This document shows positions 49,034 to 58,466 of a stretch of 64,000 nucleotides of DNA, in pieces (the stretch's first letter is position 1; each line of letters begins with the position of its first letter). Position numbers and translations under genes: made by a program. The notes under the pieces are model-generated. The model had not been told where the DNA came from, did no database searches, and saw only the letters and a program-made list of their open reading frames with translations. Source of the DNA: a virus (taxonomy: Duplodnaviria > Caudoviricetes); the IMG/VR virus record IMGVR_UViG_3300013105_000843, positions 32,001 to 96,000 of that record; one strand, written 5' to 3'.

Positions 49034-50152
49034 ATGTTGAAAAAAGCTCTCGGCGCCGTCGTGGTGCTTTTCGTGATGGCCCTTGCGTGGTTCTTCACGC
49101 AGGGCCCCGGCGCACTGATGCTGCAAGGCCGCATGTCGCCTGTGCAACCGGTTGCGACTGCGGCCCCCGCGCTCGCCCCCGCTCCCGTGACGCCGCCGGG
49201 ATTCCAGCCGGCTGCTGATGCGCTTCAGTCCATCAAGACGAACGGCATCGTGCGCGTGTCGAACCAGAATCCGAGCGAGCCGTTCTACGGCGTGGCCAGT
49301 GGCGTACCGCACGGCTTCAACGTCGATTTCGCCAAGCTGCTGTTCGCAGACCCGTCGTTCGCCTCGCCGTCCCGTCCGGGCATCACGGTGGACTTCAACC
49401 ACAGTGTCGACACCTACGCGGGCGTGCCGCAGCAGCTGTTGGCCAAGGACAGCGCGGGCAATGCCACGGTCGACGTCGCGATGGACGGCCTGACGTTCGC
49501 CGACAACAGCCCGGCGGGCGTCGTCTACACGCTGCCGTACATCGACGATTTCGGCTACGCCCTGATTGTCCAGCGTGGCTCGGCCATCCACTCCGTCAGC
49601 GACCTCGCTGGCAAGAAGGTCGGCATCCTGAAGGGAGACCCGGACGTCAAGGCGTACGTGGCCCGTCAGCTGCCCGGCGTGACATTCGTCGAGGTGGACG
49701 ACGCTGACCCGGCCTTCATTCCGAAGGCGGTTGACAGCCACACGGTGGACGCGTTCATCTACGACTACCCGTTCGCGGTGGAATCCATCAAGGGCTCAGA
49801 CCTGCAGTTTGCGGCGACCAAGCTCGACGGCTCGAACATCGCATACAAGATTGGCGTGCGCACGCAGGACCAGTCGCTGCTGATTTACCTGAACGCTGCT
49901 ATCGCGAAGCTCAAGCAGTCGCCGCAGTACCTCGAGCTGCTGCGCAAATATTTCGTCAGCAACCAGACGGTGACGACGGCCGCGACCCCCGGCGAACGGG
50001 TGTACGTGGTCAAGCAGGGGGACACGCTGAACCTGATTGCGGCGAACGTGCTGGGCAGTGGCCAGCGCTTCCGCGAGATTCAGCGGCGAAACAATCTCGC
50101 CAACCCGAACCTCATTCTGGTCGGCCAGCATCTGGTCATTCCGGTGCGCTGA
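49034..50152 (+). CDS. family-3 solute-binding domain plus C-terminal LysM protein
   Basis: IK..G.VRV, GF.VD, I.SV.DLAGKKVG and VDAFIYD; LysM YVVKQGDTL..IA...NLANPNLI.VGQ.L.IP. Confidence 0.85.
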   Translation: MLKKALGAVVVLFVMALAWFFTQGPGALMLQGRMSPVQPVATAAPALAPAPVTPPGFQPAADALQSIKTNGIVRVSNQNPSEPFYGVASGVPHGFNVDFAKLLFADPSFASPSRPGITVDFNHSVDTYAGVPQQLLAKDSAGNATVDVAMDGLTFADNSPAGVVYTLPYIDDFGYALIVQRGSAIHSVSDLAGKKVGILKGDPDVKAYVARQLPGVTFVEVDDADPAFIPKAVDSHTVDAFIYDYPFAVESIKGSDLQFAATKLDGSNIAYKIGVRTQDQSLLIYLNAAIAKLKQSPQYLELLRKYFVSNQTVTTAATPGERVYVVKQGDTLNLIAANVLGSGQRFREIQRRNNLANPNLILVGQHLVIPVR

Positions 50153-50214
50153 ACCAGGCGGCGCGCTACGCACCGACGGCAACCCCTGGTTGCCGTTTAC
50201 ACGATGGAACTGAA

Positions 50215-50709
50215 ATGAAACGACTCGCATTGGTCATGAGCCTTTTCGCAGGCACGCTCCTCTGTGGCGCGCTTAGTGGCTGTGAGCGTGTCCCGCAGGC
50301 TATCGCAACCGCTGGGGCGAAGATTCTCGAGCGCGTCGTCCCATCCGAGTTTGAGCGGCTGAAGATTGAAGAGGGTGGGTTCGGCTTCGGCAGACACGAG
50401 CGTTGCCTCGCGGAGGTATCGCCCGCACATGCGCAGGATTGGCTCGCTGGCGGTGACAGCACAATCTGGGCTGTCGGGCCGCGCGATGACTTCCAGATGA
50501 TGGCTCTCGATGCCGTGAAGAAGAATGGGCGCTGGGTGCTTCTCAGCACGGACGCGGACCCGGAAAGCATGGACGCAAACGAATTTCAAACCCGCGTGAC
50601 CGAATGCATCGACAGCCTGCGTGAAGCTCGCGACGCGTCACGCGAGCGTGCGAGGCAGCAAACTGAAGAAGCAGCGCGCAACCGCCAGACGTGGGCGGCT
50701 GCGCGCTGA
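50215..50709 (+). CDS. lipoprotein of unknown function
   Basis: LSGC lipobox. Confidence 0.6.
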   Translation: MKRLALVMSLFAGTLLCGALSGCERVPQAIATAGAKILERVVPSEFERLKIEEGGFGFGRHERCLAEVSPAHAQDWLAGGDSTIWAVGPRDDFQMMALDAVKKNGRWVLLSTDADPESMDANEFQTRVTECIDSLREARDASRERARQQTEEAARNRQTWAAAR

Positions 50710-50878
50710 CCATACATTAACCCCTCGAGGAACCCAGCATGTTGAAGAACGGAGTTACCCATATGGCGTTGCGCGCCATGAACAGGACGCGCAAGCCGCA
50801 TGTCGCACAACCGCAACCCGCGCCGGCTCAGCCGGAGGCGCAGGCTGTGCGCCCGTCGAAGCGCCGTACCGGGCTGTC

Positions 50879-51139
50879 CTATCGGACCTTCGCCGCGCCG
50901 TCGCGCGCAGACGAATAAAGCGCTGGCATATCGAGCGTCCCCGCGACGATGGCGTGCAGCACGTCATCAGAGAGCGCTTTCACGACACCCAGCGAGCGGG
51001 CTGCCAGCTCGGTACGCGCCGCCTGGCGCCAGGCGGTTTCGAGCAGCAGGTCGGGCTCCAGGTCGGGATGGGTCGAAACGTAGCCGGCAAGTGCGCTGCG
51101 CGCTTCCTGGCGAATGGTCGCTGGGGTTCTCGTGGTCAT
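50879..51139 (-). CDS. hypothetical protein
   Basis: Short helical ORF. Confidence 0.45.
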   Translation of the reverse strand: MTTRTPATIRQEARSALAGYVSTHPDLEPDLLLETAWRQAARTELAARSLGVVKALSDDVLHAIVAGTLDMPALYSSARDGAAKVR

Positions 51140-51188
51140 GACTGGAATCAAGGTCGGGGCACCAGCCGGAAGCCTACACCAATCTGAA

Positions 51189-51383
51189 CTAGAGGCCGGC
51201 CGGCATCTTGCCGCTGTTCTGCGCCTGACGCAACACCTCCATCCCCGCGGCTTCCGCTTCGGCTTTCGTTGGCAGATGGTCAGCCAGGATGGTGCCTTCG
51301 TAGGTAATGGCGTACCAGTCCGATTCGGTGCGACATGAGGTCTGCCACCAGACCACCCGCCCGTTCACGACCTCTTGCGACAT
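51189..51383 (-). CDS. hypothetical protein
   Basis: Short ORF. Confidence 0.45.
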   Translation of the reverse strand: MSQEVVNGRVVWWQTSCRTESDWYAITYEGTILADHLPTKAEAEAAGMEVLRQAQNSGKMPAGL

Positions 51384-51518
51384 CGTACTGACCATTCATG
51401 GACTCCCGTTGATTACTTTCCTTTGACCCGAGGAAAGATATCAGCATGGAGCCCTTGTGCTCAAGGGAAAAACCCCTGCAGCTGCTGCAGGGGCTTGAGA
51501 GCGTCAGGTCTTCCGGCT

Positions 51519-52235
51519 CTAGTTCATCCTGAGCGGACGAACCACCAGTTCGGCGGGCGTCGCTCCAGTCAACAGCGGTGTTTCCTGGTGGTCGTGCGCA
51601 TACGCTTCTGCCTTCGCACACTGACGCAGGAAGTCGTGGTACGGCTTGTCACAGCGCAGTGCGAGCGCACGGTCACGGTGCGCGCTGACCAGGTGCACGA
51701 GGTCACCGAACACGTTGCGGTCCGCCAGCAGGCACCAGCCGGTGCCGTCGACCTTGCGCGCCAGTTCGTGGGCACGTGCCTTCGCCATCTGCAACGGTGT
51801 CAACGCGTAACCGCCTTCGGGCAGATGGACCATCACCGCATCGGCGACCGCATCACGGATGTACAGATACCCTTCCGCCCGCCCAACCAGTCGTGCGCCC
51901 GTAAAGGTCCAGCGTGCCCGGGTAGGCTCCATCTCGAAGACGGAGACCCCCGCGGCAGCAAGACGCTCCAGCCAGTGCGCGACGGCTTGCCCAGCCAGAC
52001 CACCATTGGCAAACGGCAGCTGCTCAAGCGCCTTGTTCTTGAACGCCTGCAGCCGGTAGATGACGTCGTCGACGTCGCCAACCAGATTGCTCATCTTGCC
52101 GTCGGCGAGCGCATCCTCCCAGTTCGCAAGCAGCTCGCGTGCGGCGGCGCGCGCGGCATAGCCAGTCAGTGCGCCGCCTGTCAGTTCGTTTTCAGCGAAA
52201 GCACGGATGTCGTTGATGTGCGGGTCAAATTGCAT
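51519..52235 (-). CDS. hypothetical protein
   Basis: GAGGA RBS, start at MQFDP. Confidence 0.65.
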   Translation of the reverse strand: MQFDPHINDIRAFAENELTGGALTGYAARAAARELLANWEDALADGKMSNLVGDVDDVIYRLQAFKNKALEQLPFANGGLAGQAVAHWLERLAAAGVSVFEMEPTRARWTFTGARLVGRAEGYLYIRDAVADAVMVHLPEGGYALTPLQMAKARAHELARKVDGTGWCLLADRNVFGDLVHLVSAHRDRALALRCDKPYHDFLRQCAKAEAYAHDHQETPLLTGATPAELVVRPLRMN

Positions 52236-52424
52236 TTGGTCCTCTCCAGATGATGCGGCCGTTCCCATGGGGATTCGGTCCGCGCAGGTTGAACAGATAT
52301 GTCCACCTGCGTATAGCTTCTGGAAAACCAGCTTCGCGGTGACGCGCCGGGTGTGTGTGTGGTGTGTGTGTGCGCACCTATACCTCATGGCAAGGCCACA
52401 ACACATAACCATGAGGATTCGAAC

Positions 52425-53330
52425 ATGAAACAGGAACAAATCTATGTCGGTATCAACGGCGCTACCCTCACCCTTACCAAGGGCAAGGCTGTCGCCGTGT
52501 TTCCGCCGCGCAAGGGCGAGAACGGGTCGCACATGCTTCTGGAATCAGGTCAGGTCGTGAAGGTGTCCGGCACGCGCATCAACGGCGTGGGGGTGCCTCG
52601 CTACCTGAAGGAGAACGGGTTTGCGCTGGCGGAGCCGGGTAATGCACTGGCGGCACGCCTCGCAGACCTGGTCGACATCCGGGACGGCACGGACCTTGTG
52701 GAAGCCGCGAGTCGGGTCCAGGCCGCAGAACTTCAGCGCAAGTTCGCCGGACAGACGTGCACGTTCGTGCCATTCGACGAATCGCAGCCCAGCGTTGCCG
52801 TCCAGGTTCAGGAATCGAAAGGCTCCCAGGCCATCAGCTTTGACCTGAGGGCGGCCTTCAGCTCGGGCACGGTCGGAATCGCGTATGTTCCCGGCGGCCG
52901 CCTCGGTTTGGAAATCGCGCTCAGCGCCGGCTGGCTGGTGGGCCCGGACGGTGACGTCGGCAGCATGCCGCGCAACACCGAGTACGGCGGTCTCGTCGAG
53001 CAGGCGGTGTACGTCATCTGCAACTGCGGTCTCGGCACCCTGGTCGGTGCGCGGAATCTGGTGGCGGACGACGAGGCCCCAGTGGACGCTCCGTACCCGC
53101 GCGGGTTGCTCGAGTTCGCCGTGGCCAACGGAGACCGCGTGCAGGTCGGCGGTACGGGCTGCGACGAACTCGAAGTGGTCTATCGTCGTGCTGGTGACGT
53201 GCTGTATTCACGTTCGGGCATGACGAAAGCAAGGCTGGGTGAGGTCATCGGCGATATCGCGGCCGTCATGGTGCGTGTCGGCGAGATGGACGCGCGGCCG
53301 GCGAAGAAAGCGGGGACGAAGGCTGCATAA
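52425..53330 (+). CDS. hypothetical protein
   Basis: GAGGA RBS, start at MKQEQ. Confidence 0.7.
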   Translation: MKQEQIYVGINGATLTLTKGKAVAVFPPRKGENGSHMLLESGQVVKVSGTRINGVGVPRYLKENGFALAEPGNALAARLADLVDIRDGTDLVEAASRVQAAELQRKFAGQTCTFVPFDESQPSVAVQVQESKGSQAISFDLRAAFSSGTVGIAYVPGGRLGLEIALSAGWLVGPDGDVGSMPRNTEYGGLVEQAVYVICNCGLGTLVGARNLVADDEAPVDAPYPRGLLEFAVANGDRVQVGGTGCDELEVVYRRAGDVLYSRSGMTKARLGEVIGDIAAVMVRVGEMDARPAKKAGTKAA

Positions 53331-53466
53331 CCAGGCAATCTGTCACTCGAACCTCGGCTTCCCGCCGAGGTTTTCTTGCGCCTACTGACCCGACGTACCT
53401 GGACAAGCGGATAGAATGACTGCGACGTAATTCAACTGAAAGACCCCGTATAGGACACGCAAGTAG

Positions 53467-54168
53467 ATGACCCGCGAGACCAGGCCGCGCCCCCTCGATT
53501 CCGATGACTTCCAGACCTTCACACAGGTCAGCAAGGGTCTGCCGGACATCAAGCCGCGCACCGTGCAAAAGAAGCTGGAAGCGTTGTACGAAACCCTTCG
53601 CCGCGAAAAGCTTTCGGAGGGCAGCCTCAACGGCCTTTTCGTGACGCTCGGTGAACTCGAGGAGCTGTATCACACGACGCTACGCACCGGGTATGAAACC
53701 AATGTGGTTTCCCCCGCAGGGGCACGGGCCCTGGTGCGCCTGTACAAGGCCGGCGCGCTCGACATGAAACCGCGCACCAAGCCCGGCGAGGTGACGCCGG
53801 AGCTGACTGAGTATTGCGAGAGCGAACCCAAGTTGATGGCGCGCGCGAAGGAGCGCCTGGCCCAGCGTGCCGCCTACGAAGCCAAGGTCGCCAATCCGGA
53901 AACCATCGTTGAGGGGGAATTCACCTGGTCGCTGCTTAACGCCGTGTTCTTCCGACACGGCAAGGACACGCGCGAAATGGTCGTCGGCGGCCGCACAGTT
54001 TCGAAACACCTGCATCCCTTCCGTAGCAACAGCGGCAAGTCGACGGACTTCAACGTCACGTTCACCTGGAAGTCGACAGACGGCACGGCGCGGCAGTTGG
54101 AAAAACAGAGCCTATATGAGTCCAACCGGCGCAACGACGAGGACCGCAACTGGGGGTTGCCGGAATAA
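53467..54168 (+). CDS. hypothetical protein
   Basis: 233-aa ORF ending at a bidirectional terminator. Confidence 0.7.
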   Translation: MTRETRPRPLDSDDFQTFTQVSKGLPDIKPRTVQKKLEALYETLRREKLSEGSLNGLFVTLGELEELYHTTLRTGYETNVVSPAGARALVRLYKAGALDMKPRTKPGEVTPELTEYCESEPKLMARAKERLAQRAAYEAKVANPETIVEGEFTWSLLNAVFFRHGKDTREMVVGGRTVSKHLHPFRSNSGKSTDFNVTFTWKSTDGTARQLEKQSLYESNRRNDEDRNWGLPE

Positions 54169-54184
54169 TTCAAAGCTACCAAAT

Positions 54185-54213
54185 AAAAAGGCGCTTGAAA
54201 TAAGCGCCTTTTT
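54185..54213. terminator. bidirectional intrinsic terminator
   Basis: AAAAAGGCGCTT-gaaat-AAGCGCCTTTTT. Confidence 0.8.
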
Positions 54214-54231
54214 GAGTTTGCATCCGAATGA

Positions 54232-54675
54232 CTAGCCGCCCATCGCGAGCGCACCGAACAGGTCCTGCCGGCTTTCGATGTAGGCGTGTGCTGCGTTGGT
54301 TGCCTCATGGTCTTCCGGGTTGAGTGCCCAGAGGTGACCCAGCGTGACGTCCTCGATGACCACGTCGATGTCCTCGTCGGGGCGGGCGCCGTGCAGCGCG
54401 CGCCAATCCCGGTCAGAGTAGTCGTCATAGGCTGACATCAACTCGACCTCGCTGCGAATGCCGAGGGCATCCACCACCTGGCCGCCCGACAGCGCACCAA
54501 AGGCATGCACCAACGTCTTGCTGCCATCCTGTCGTGAACGAACGAGCACCGCGCGCATGGGCACGTTGAAGCGCTCACGCAACGCGTTCGCGAACAGGCA
54601 GCACAGACCGCTGGTCCAATCCTCTGGTTCGACCGACTCGTAAAGCGGATTGGTGTAGTCCTTGAAGGGCTGCAT
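54232..54675 (-). CDS. hypothetical protein (papain/transglutaminase-like C..H..D spacing)
   Basis: G.C..FA.AL, LVHAF and VDA.G; AAGGA RBS. Confidence 0.6.
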   Translation of the reverse strand: MQPFKDYTNPLYESVEPEDWTSGLCCLFANALRERFNVPMRAVLVRSRQDGSKTLVHAFGALSGGQVVDALGIRSEVELMSAYDDYSDRDWRALHGARPDEDIDVVIEDVTLGHLWALNPEDHEATNAAHAYIESRQDLFGALAMGG

Positions 54676-54697
54676 GATGAAGTCCTTTGAGAACGGG

Positions 54698-55192
54698 TCA
54701 GAGGCGGCCTGATTTCGAGTGCTGCAACAGCAGCTTGTCGTGCGCCCACTCGGCCCAGGTCTGGGCCAGGATGAACAGCATGAGCGCCTGCACCGGCGTA
54801 TCGCAGTTGTGCGGGGTGTATTCGACGACCGAGCCGACATGCTCGACGGCCTGTACACCCTCCTCCGCGAGTCGCCCCAGTGTTTCAGGCTCGGCGCCGA
54901 TGCTTGCACCGAACACCGGGTCGGTGACAAAACGCATGGGCATGGCCGTGCCGGGAAACAGCACGAGCTGCGCGCGACTGAGCAGAGTCTTCTTCATTTT
55001 TTCGATGCGGGAAATCCGCTCGAGCGCGCGCATCTGGAGCTGCTGGTACTCCTCGACGGCAACCTCGACGGCATGAAGCCGTGCGAGCGCCTCCGTGGCC
55101 ACCACCAGCACGAAACCCGCCGCCTTCGGCCCGCGAATCAGGTCGAAACCTTCGAAGCGGTAGAAGAACTCGCGCAGCTCAGGCTTCTGCAT
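54698..55192 (-). CDS. hypothetical protein
   Basis: 164-aa ORF; Y.PHNCDT..QA..L. Confidence 0.65.
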   Translation of the reverse strand: MQKPELREFFYRFEGFDLIRGPKAAGFVLVVATEALARLHAVEVAVEEYQQLQMRALERISRIEKMKKTLLSRAQLVLFPGTAMPMRFVTDPVFGASIGAEPETLGRLAEEGVQAVEHVGSVVEYTPHNCDTPVQALMLFILAQTWAEWAHDKLLLQHSKSGRL

Positions 55193-55565
55193 GATGGCTC
55201 TCCAGCATCTGCTCGATTTCCGAGAGCAGCCGGAACCGGCAGCCGGCCTGATGTGCGCGAAAGTCTTCGTTTTCCTTCATCGGGCAGTTGCATGCGCCGC
55301 GTTGGAGAGACTGAACCAGCGAGACGTGCTTGGACGGCATGACGTCCGCCGGCTCTTCTCCCTCGTCGACGCTGTCGACAGCGGACCGCAGGTCGGTACC
55401 GTTGTACTCCTCGAGCATTCTCGAGACGATGTCCCAGGCAGATACGGCTCGCGGGTTTTCGCTGTGGCGAACAGTCTTGCCCGAGAAATCAAAACCAAAC
55501 GCTTGCAGCAGCTCTCGAGCCATACGCTCGGCGCCTTCCACCACTTCCTTGTCGGTCATTGCCAT
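55179..55565 (-). CDS. hypothetical protein
   Basis: AAGGA RBS; C-terminal CNC..H...C module. Confidence 0.6.
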   Translation of the reverse strand: MAMTDKEVVEGAERMARELLQAFGFDFSGKTVRHSENPRAVSAWDIVSRMLEEYNGTDLRSAVDSVDEGEEPADVMPSKHVSLVQSLQRGACNCPMKENEDFRAHQAGCRFRLLSEIEQMLESHHAEA

Positions 55566-55626
55566 GATTTCGTCCTTTTCCTCAACAGGTGAACGGGTTG
55601 TTGCCTGTTGACGTATAGCCACGTCG

Positions 55627-56463
55627 TCAGCGCGTGCCGCGTATCCGGATGGAGGTGGGCGACAGGACTTCGACGAGCATCAGGGTCGACTCCGGCAGCT
55701 TCTGGAAGCGCTGCTGCAGCTCGCGTCCGCCGAACACACGCGGCGTCCTGTTGCCGGTCGACGTCCGGTTAATCGTCCCGTGGAGGGGGGCTGTTTCGTC
55801 GCCGAAGAAAATCTCGAGGCGCTCGCCGCCGGCGCCGAGCAGCCCGTTCGCCGCCACGCCGCCGTTGAAGAAGCCCCCTTTCCGGTAGCTGGGCTGCAGC
55901 GTGAATTCGAACGTTCCCTGGTGAGCGGACTCGTCGTCCTTCGGCCGCTCCCCCGCCTGCCCGGCGACCGCATCCGGTGCGCCGGCGGCGGGCACCGCAC
56001 CCTCGGCCAGCTCCGCCGGCTGCAGCTCGACCAGCTCCGGTTCGCCATCGCGGCTCTGCTCCTTCATGAGCCTGTTCGCGACGATGTTCCACTCGGGGCG
56101 CAGCGTGGCGATGATGCTGGCTTCGAGGCCGGCGGCGAGATTGAGGTGGAACGGCCCGTAGTGCATCAGGCCGGAATCGGGCAGCGCGTAGACTTCGACC
56201 GCGACCCCTTGGGCCAGCAGGTCGCGGATGTTGCGGTTGTTCCGGCTGTTGGTGGTGCTTTGGGGCCCTGGCGACCGGTACCCGGCCATGCGCTCGCGCA
56301 AGGTCTGCGTGGACACGCCGACGTACATCACCTCGCCATCGCCGACGAAGGCGTAGAGGATGTTGGGCTGCTCGGCAAGCTGCCGGAAGGCAATGCGCAG
56401 GGTGCCGTCTTCAAGGAACCAGTCGCCGGCGACCCGGAAGCCGATATCAAGCAGTCTGTTCAT
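55627..56463 (-). CDS. GIY-YIG nuclease domain protein
   Basis: NILYAF..GEVMYVG.S...L..RM.GY, GLE..II...RPEWN; extra C-terminal domain. Confidence 0.75.
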   Translation of the reverse strand: MNRLLDIGFRVAGDWFLEDGTLRIAFRQLAEQPNILYAFVGDGEVMYVGVSTQTLRERMAGYRSPGPQSTTNSRNNRNIRDLLAQGVAVEVYALPDSGLMHYGPFHLNLAAGLEASIIATLRPEWNIVANRLMKEQSRDGEPELVELQPAELAEGAVPAAGAPDAVAGQAGERPKDDESAHQGTFEFTLQPSYRKGGFFNGGVAANGLLGAGGERLEIFFGDETAPLHGTINRTSTGNRTPRVFGGRELQQRFQKLPESTLMLVEVLSPTSIRIRGTR

Positions 56464-56620
56464 GGCGGTGTGCGCGTGCTGTCGGGGAGCCATAGTCTAT
56501 GCGGTCTCCGTCGTACGCGACAGCACAAAGTAGTTGCTCTGCCTGGGCCTGCCGCGCGCTTCACCCGATTACGCGCTTACGTGACCGCAAGCAGCGGCAG
56601 CAAAAACAAGGGCACCCGTT

Positions 56621-56896
56621 TCAGGCAGGGCTTCGATATAGTGACGCAGGCCTATAGTGCAATCCATGCGGCGGCAGCGGGTCAATTTCAAGGCTCGCGC
56701 AGGCGTTCGAGTGAACCCTGGCATATTCCTTCGTCCACTCCTTAGGAACGCCATTTGCGGACTGGCGGCGAAGGTAGTTCTTGACCTTGTACCAGCCCGC
56801 TGAGTCTAGCGGTCGGGCAATCCCGAGTTGGTCAGCCGTTGAATCAAAAAGGAGGTGAACGGCTCGTTCTTCGGACTCTGATAACGCTCTGTACAT
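56621..56896 (-). CDS. hypothetical protein
   Basis: 91-aa ORF, lower GC than its neighbours. Confidence 0.45.
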   Translation of the reverse strand: MYRALSESEERAVHLLFDSTADQLGIARPLDSAGWYKVKNYLRRQSANGVPKEWTKEYARVHSNACASLEIDPLPPHGLHYRPASLYRSPA

Positions 56897-56944
56897 GACT
56901 TGATTAGTTCCGTTTGATTCGCGGGTTTCGGTATAACGTGGCGG

Positions 56945-57283
56945 TTAATCCGGAGCGCGGGCGCTTGCCCCCGGTCCGGTCACCTTGGGTGGGAAGGCCC
57001 AGTGTCGCGGCAATCTCGGTACGCCTGCCTCATCGGGCTTCACCTCGAAATGGGCGCAGTAGCCGGTGGCGCATCCACCAGCGATAGCGGCGCGACATTG
57101 CCGGCCGTCCGCGCAGCGGTGCAGCTTCCAGTCCGGGTCACCGGGGACGTACTCCGGGTTGCGCGGCAGTGTCGCGCGCCAACCCTGCCACGTGAGCTTG
57201 TAGCGCAGCCACGGCCAGAAGCTCCAGTTCGACCACGGCACGCGTTGGGCGATTCGATGCAGTAGCGTCATGATGTGCGTCAC
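56945..57283 (-). CDS. Trp/Cys-rich hypothetical protein
   Basis: Follows the HD-kinase gene directly. Confidence 0.45.
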   Translation of the reverse strand: MTHIMTLLHRIAQRVPWSNWSFWPWLRYKLTWQGWRATLPRNPEYVPGDPDWKLHRCADGRQCRAAIAGGCATGYCAHFEVKPDEAGVPRLPRHWAFPPKVTGPGASARAPD

Positions 57284-57287
57284 CGCT

Positions 57288-58466
57288 TTAGTTCGTCACA
57301 TAGCGCACCGCGTGCGCCTCGGTCGGCATCGGCGGCTCCCACTTCACGAGCATGGCCTGCAGCGTCTTGTTGGTCAGCGACGTGTCGCGCTTACTGTTGC
57401 GCGCGAGCAGCTCCGCGCGCGGCCGCTCGAGGTACACGACTTCGACCTCGGCGTGATAGGCGTAGAGCAGGTCGAGGCTGCGCGAGCGCATCTGCTCGGA
57501 CAGGTGCGTCGCGTTGAAGACGAACGGCTCGTGCGCGCGCAGCAGCGTTTTCGCCTTGTCGTGCGCGCGGTGCGCGACCATCCCCTCGTTCTTGCCGTGG
57601 CGCAGGCCCAGCTCCTCGCGTGCATCGTCGAACGACACCACAGGCCACCAGCCCACGTGCTGCTCGACCCATGTGTTCTTGCCCGAGGCCGGCAGGCCCG
57701 ACATCAGGATGACCTTCGAGCCTTCCGGCTGGTGCAACGCATAGTCGGGGTGGACGTTCGCCCCGCGAAAGTAACTCACGCGCGTGTGGGCGTCGGCAAA
57801 GGCACGCGGCGTGCCGTAGCAGCCCTCCTCGAGCGCCAGTTCGCGGAACAGCTCGATGTTGTCGAGCGCCTTCGACGCGTCAGTACAGATGCGGCCGAGC
57901 ATGTCCGCTTTCGCCAGCATCGTGAGCAGGCGCAGGTCCAGCTGGTACGACAGCGCGCGCACGCGGAATTCGGGCTGCGTAGCCTTGTGCTGGTCATCGG
58001 GGCCGCGGCTCGCGCGCTGCTCGAAAGCGTGGAAAGGCACCTGGTGTACTTGAATGAGCCGGCAGATGGCCTCGCGCACGTCGAACGGCGCGCCGGCGTC
58101 CCAAAGCGCGATGCGCGCGTCGACGGCACCCTTGCGCGAGTGGCCGGGATGCCCGATATGGCCCGTCTCGGGATGGATGTCCGTGGTGCTGTACTTCGCG
58201 ATGTCGTGCAGCAGCGCGGCCAGGAACACGGTCTCCTGGTCCTCGCGCGCGGCGGCCTGGTACTCCGGCTGCGCGAGCAGCGCCTCCACGACCATCTGCG
58301 TGTGCGTCCAGGCGTCGCCCTCGGCGTGCCAGACCGGGCTCTGCGGCGTGGTCTTCGCGTGCTCGAGCGCCGGGAAGGCCGCGAGGCATGCCGCGTAATC
58401 AGGCAGCGCGCCGGCGGCGGGCACCAGCGCCCGGATGTCGTTCCAGTTCATGTCCATGTTCCTCAT
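57288..58466 (-). CDS. HD phosphohydrolase plus P-loop polynucleotide kinase-like protein
   Basis: WHAEGD.WTHT, AALLHDIAK, HS.KGA and AD..GR; SGLPASGKNT, SFDD.R and NAT. Confidence 0.85.
   Translation of the reverse strand: MRNMDMNWNDIRALVPAAGALPDYAACLAAFPALEHAKTTPQSPVWHAEGDAWTHTQMVVEALLAQPEYQAAAREDQETVFLAALLHDIAKYSTTDIHPETGHIGHPGHSRKGAVDARIALWDAGAPFDVREAICRLIQVHQVPFHAFEQRASRGPDDQHKATQPEFRVRALSYQLDLRLLTMLAKADMLGRICTDASKALDNIELFRELALEEGCYGTPRAFADAHTRVSYFRGANVHPDYALHQPEGSKVILMSGLPASGKNTWVEQHVGWWPVVSFDDAREELGLRHGKNEGMVAHRAHDKAKTLLRAHEPFVFNATHLSEQMRSRSLDLLYAYHAEVEVVYLERPRAELLARNSKRDTSLTNKTLQAMLVKWEPPMPTEAHAVRYVTN

Noticed and set aside
52350-52372. (GT)n tract as a phase-variation or repeat element
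   Set aside because: Short, interrupted and intergenic, with no supporting evidence.
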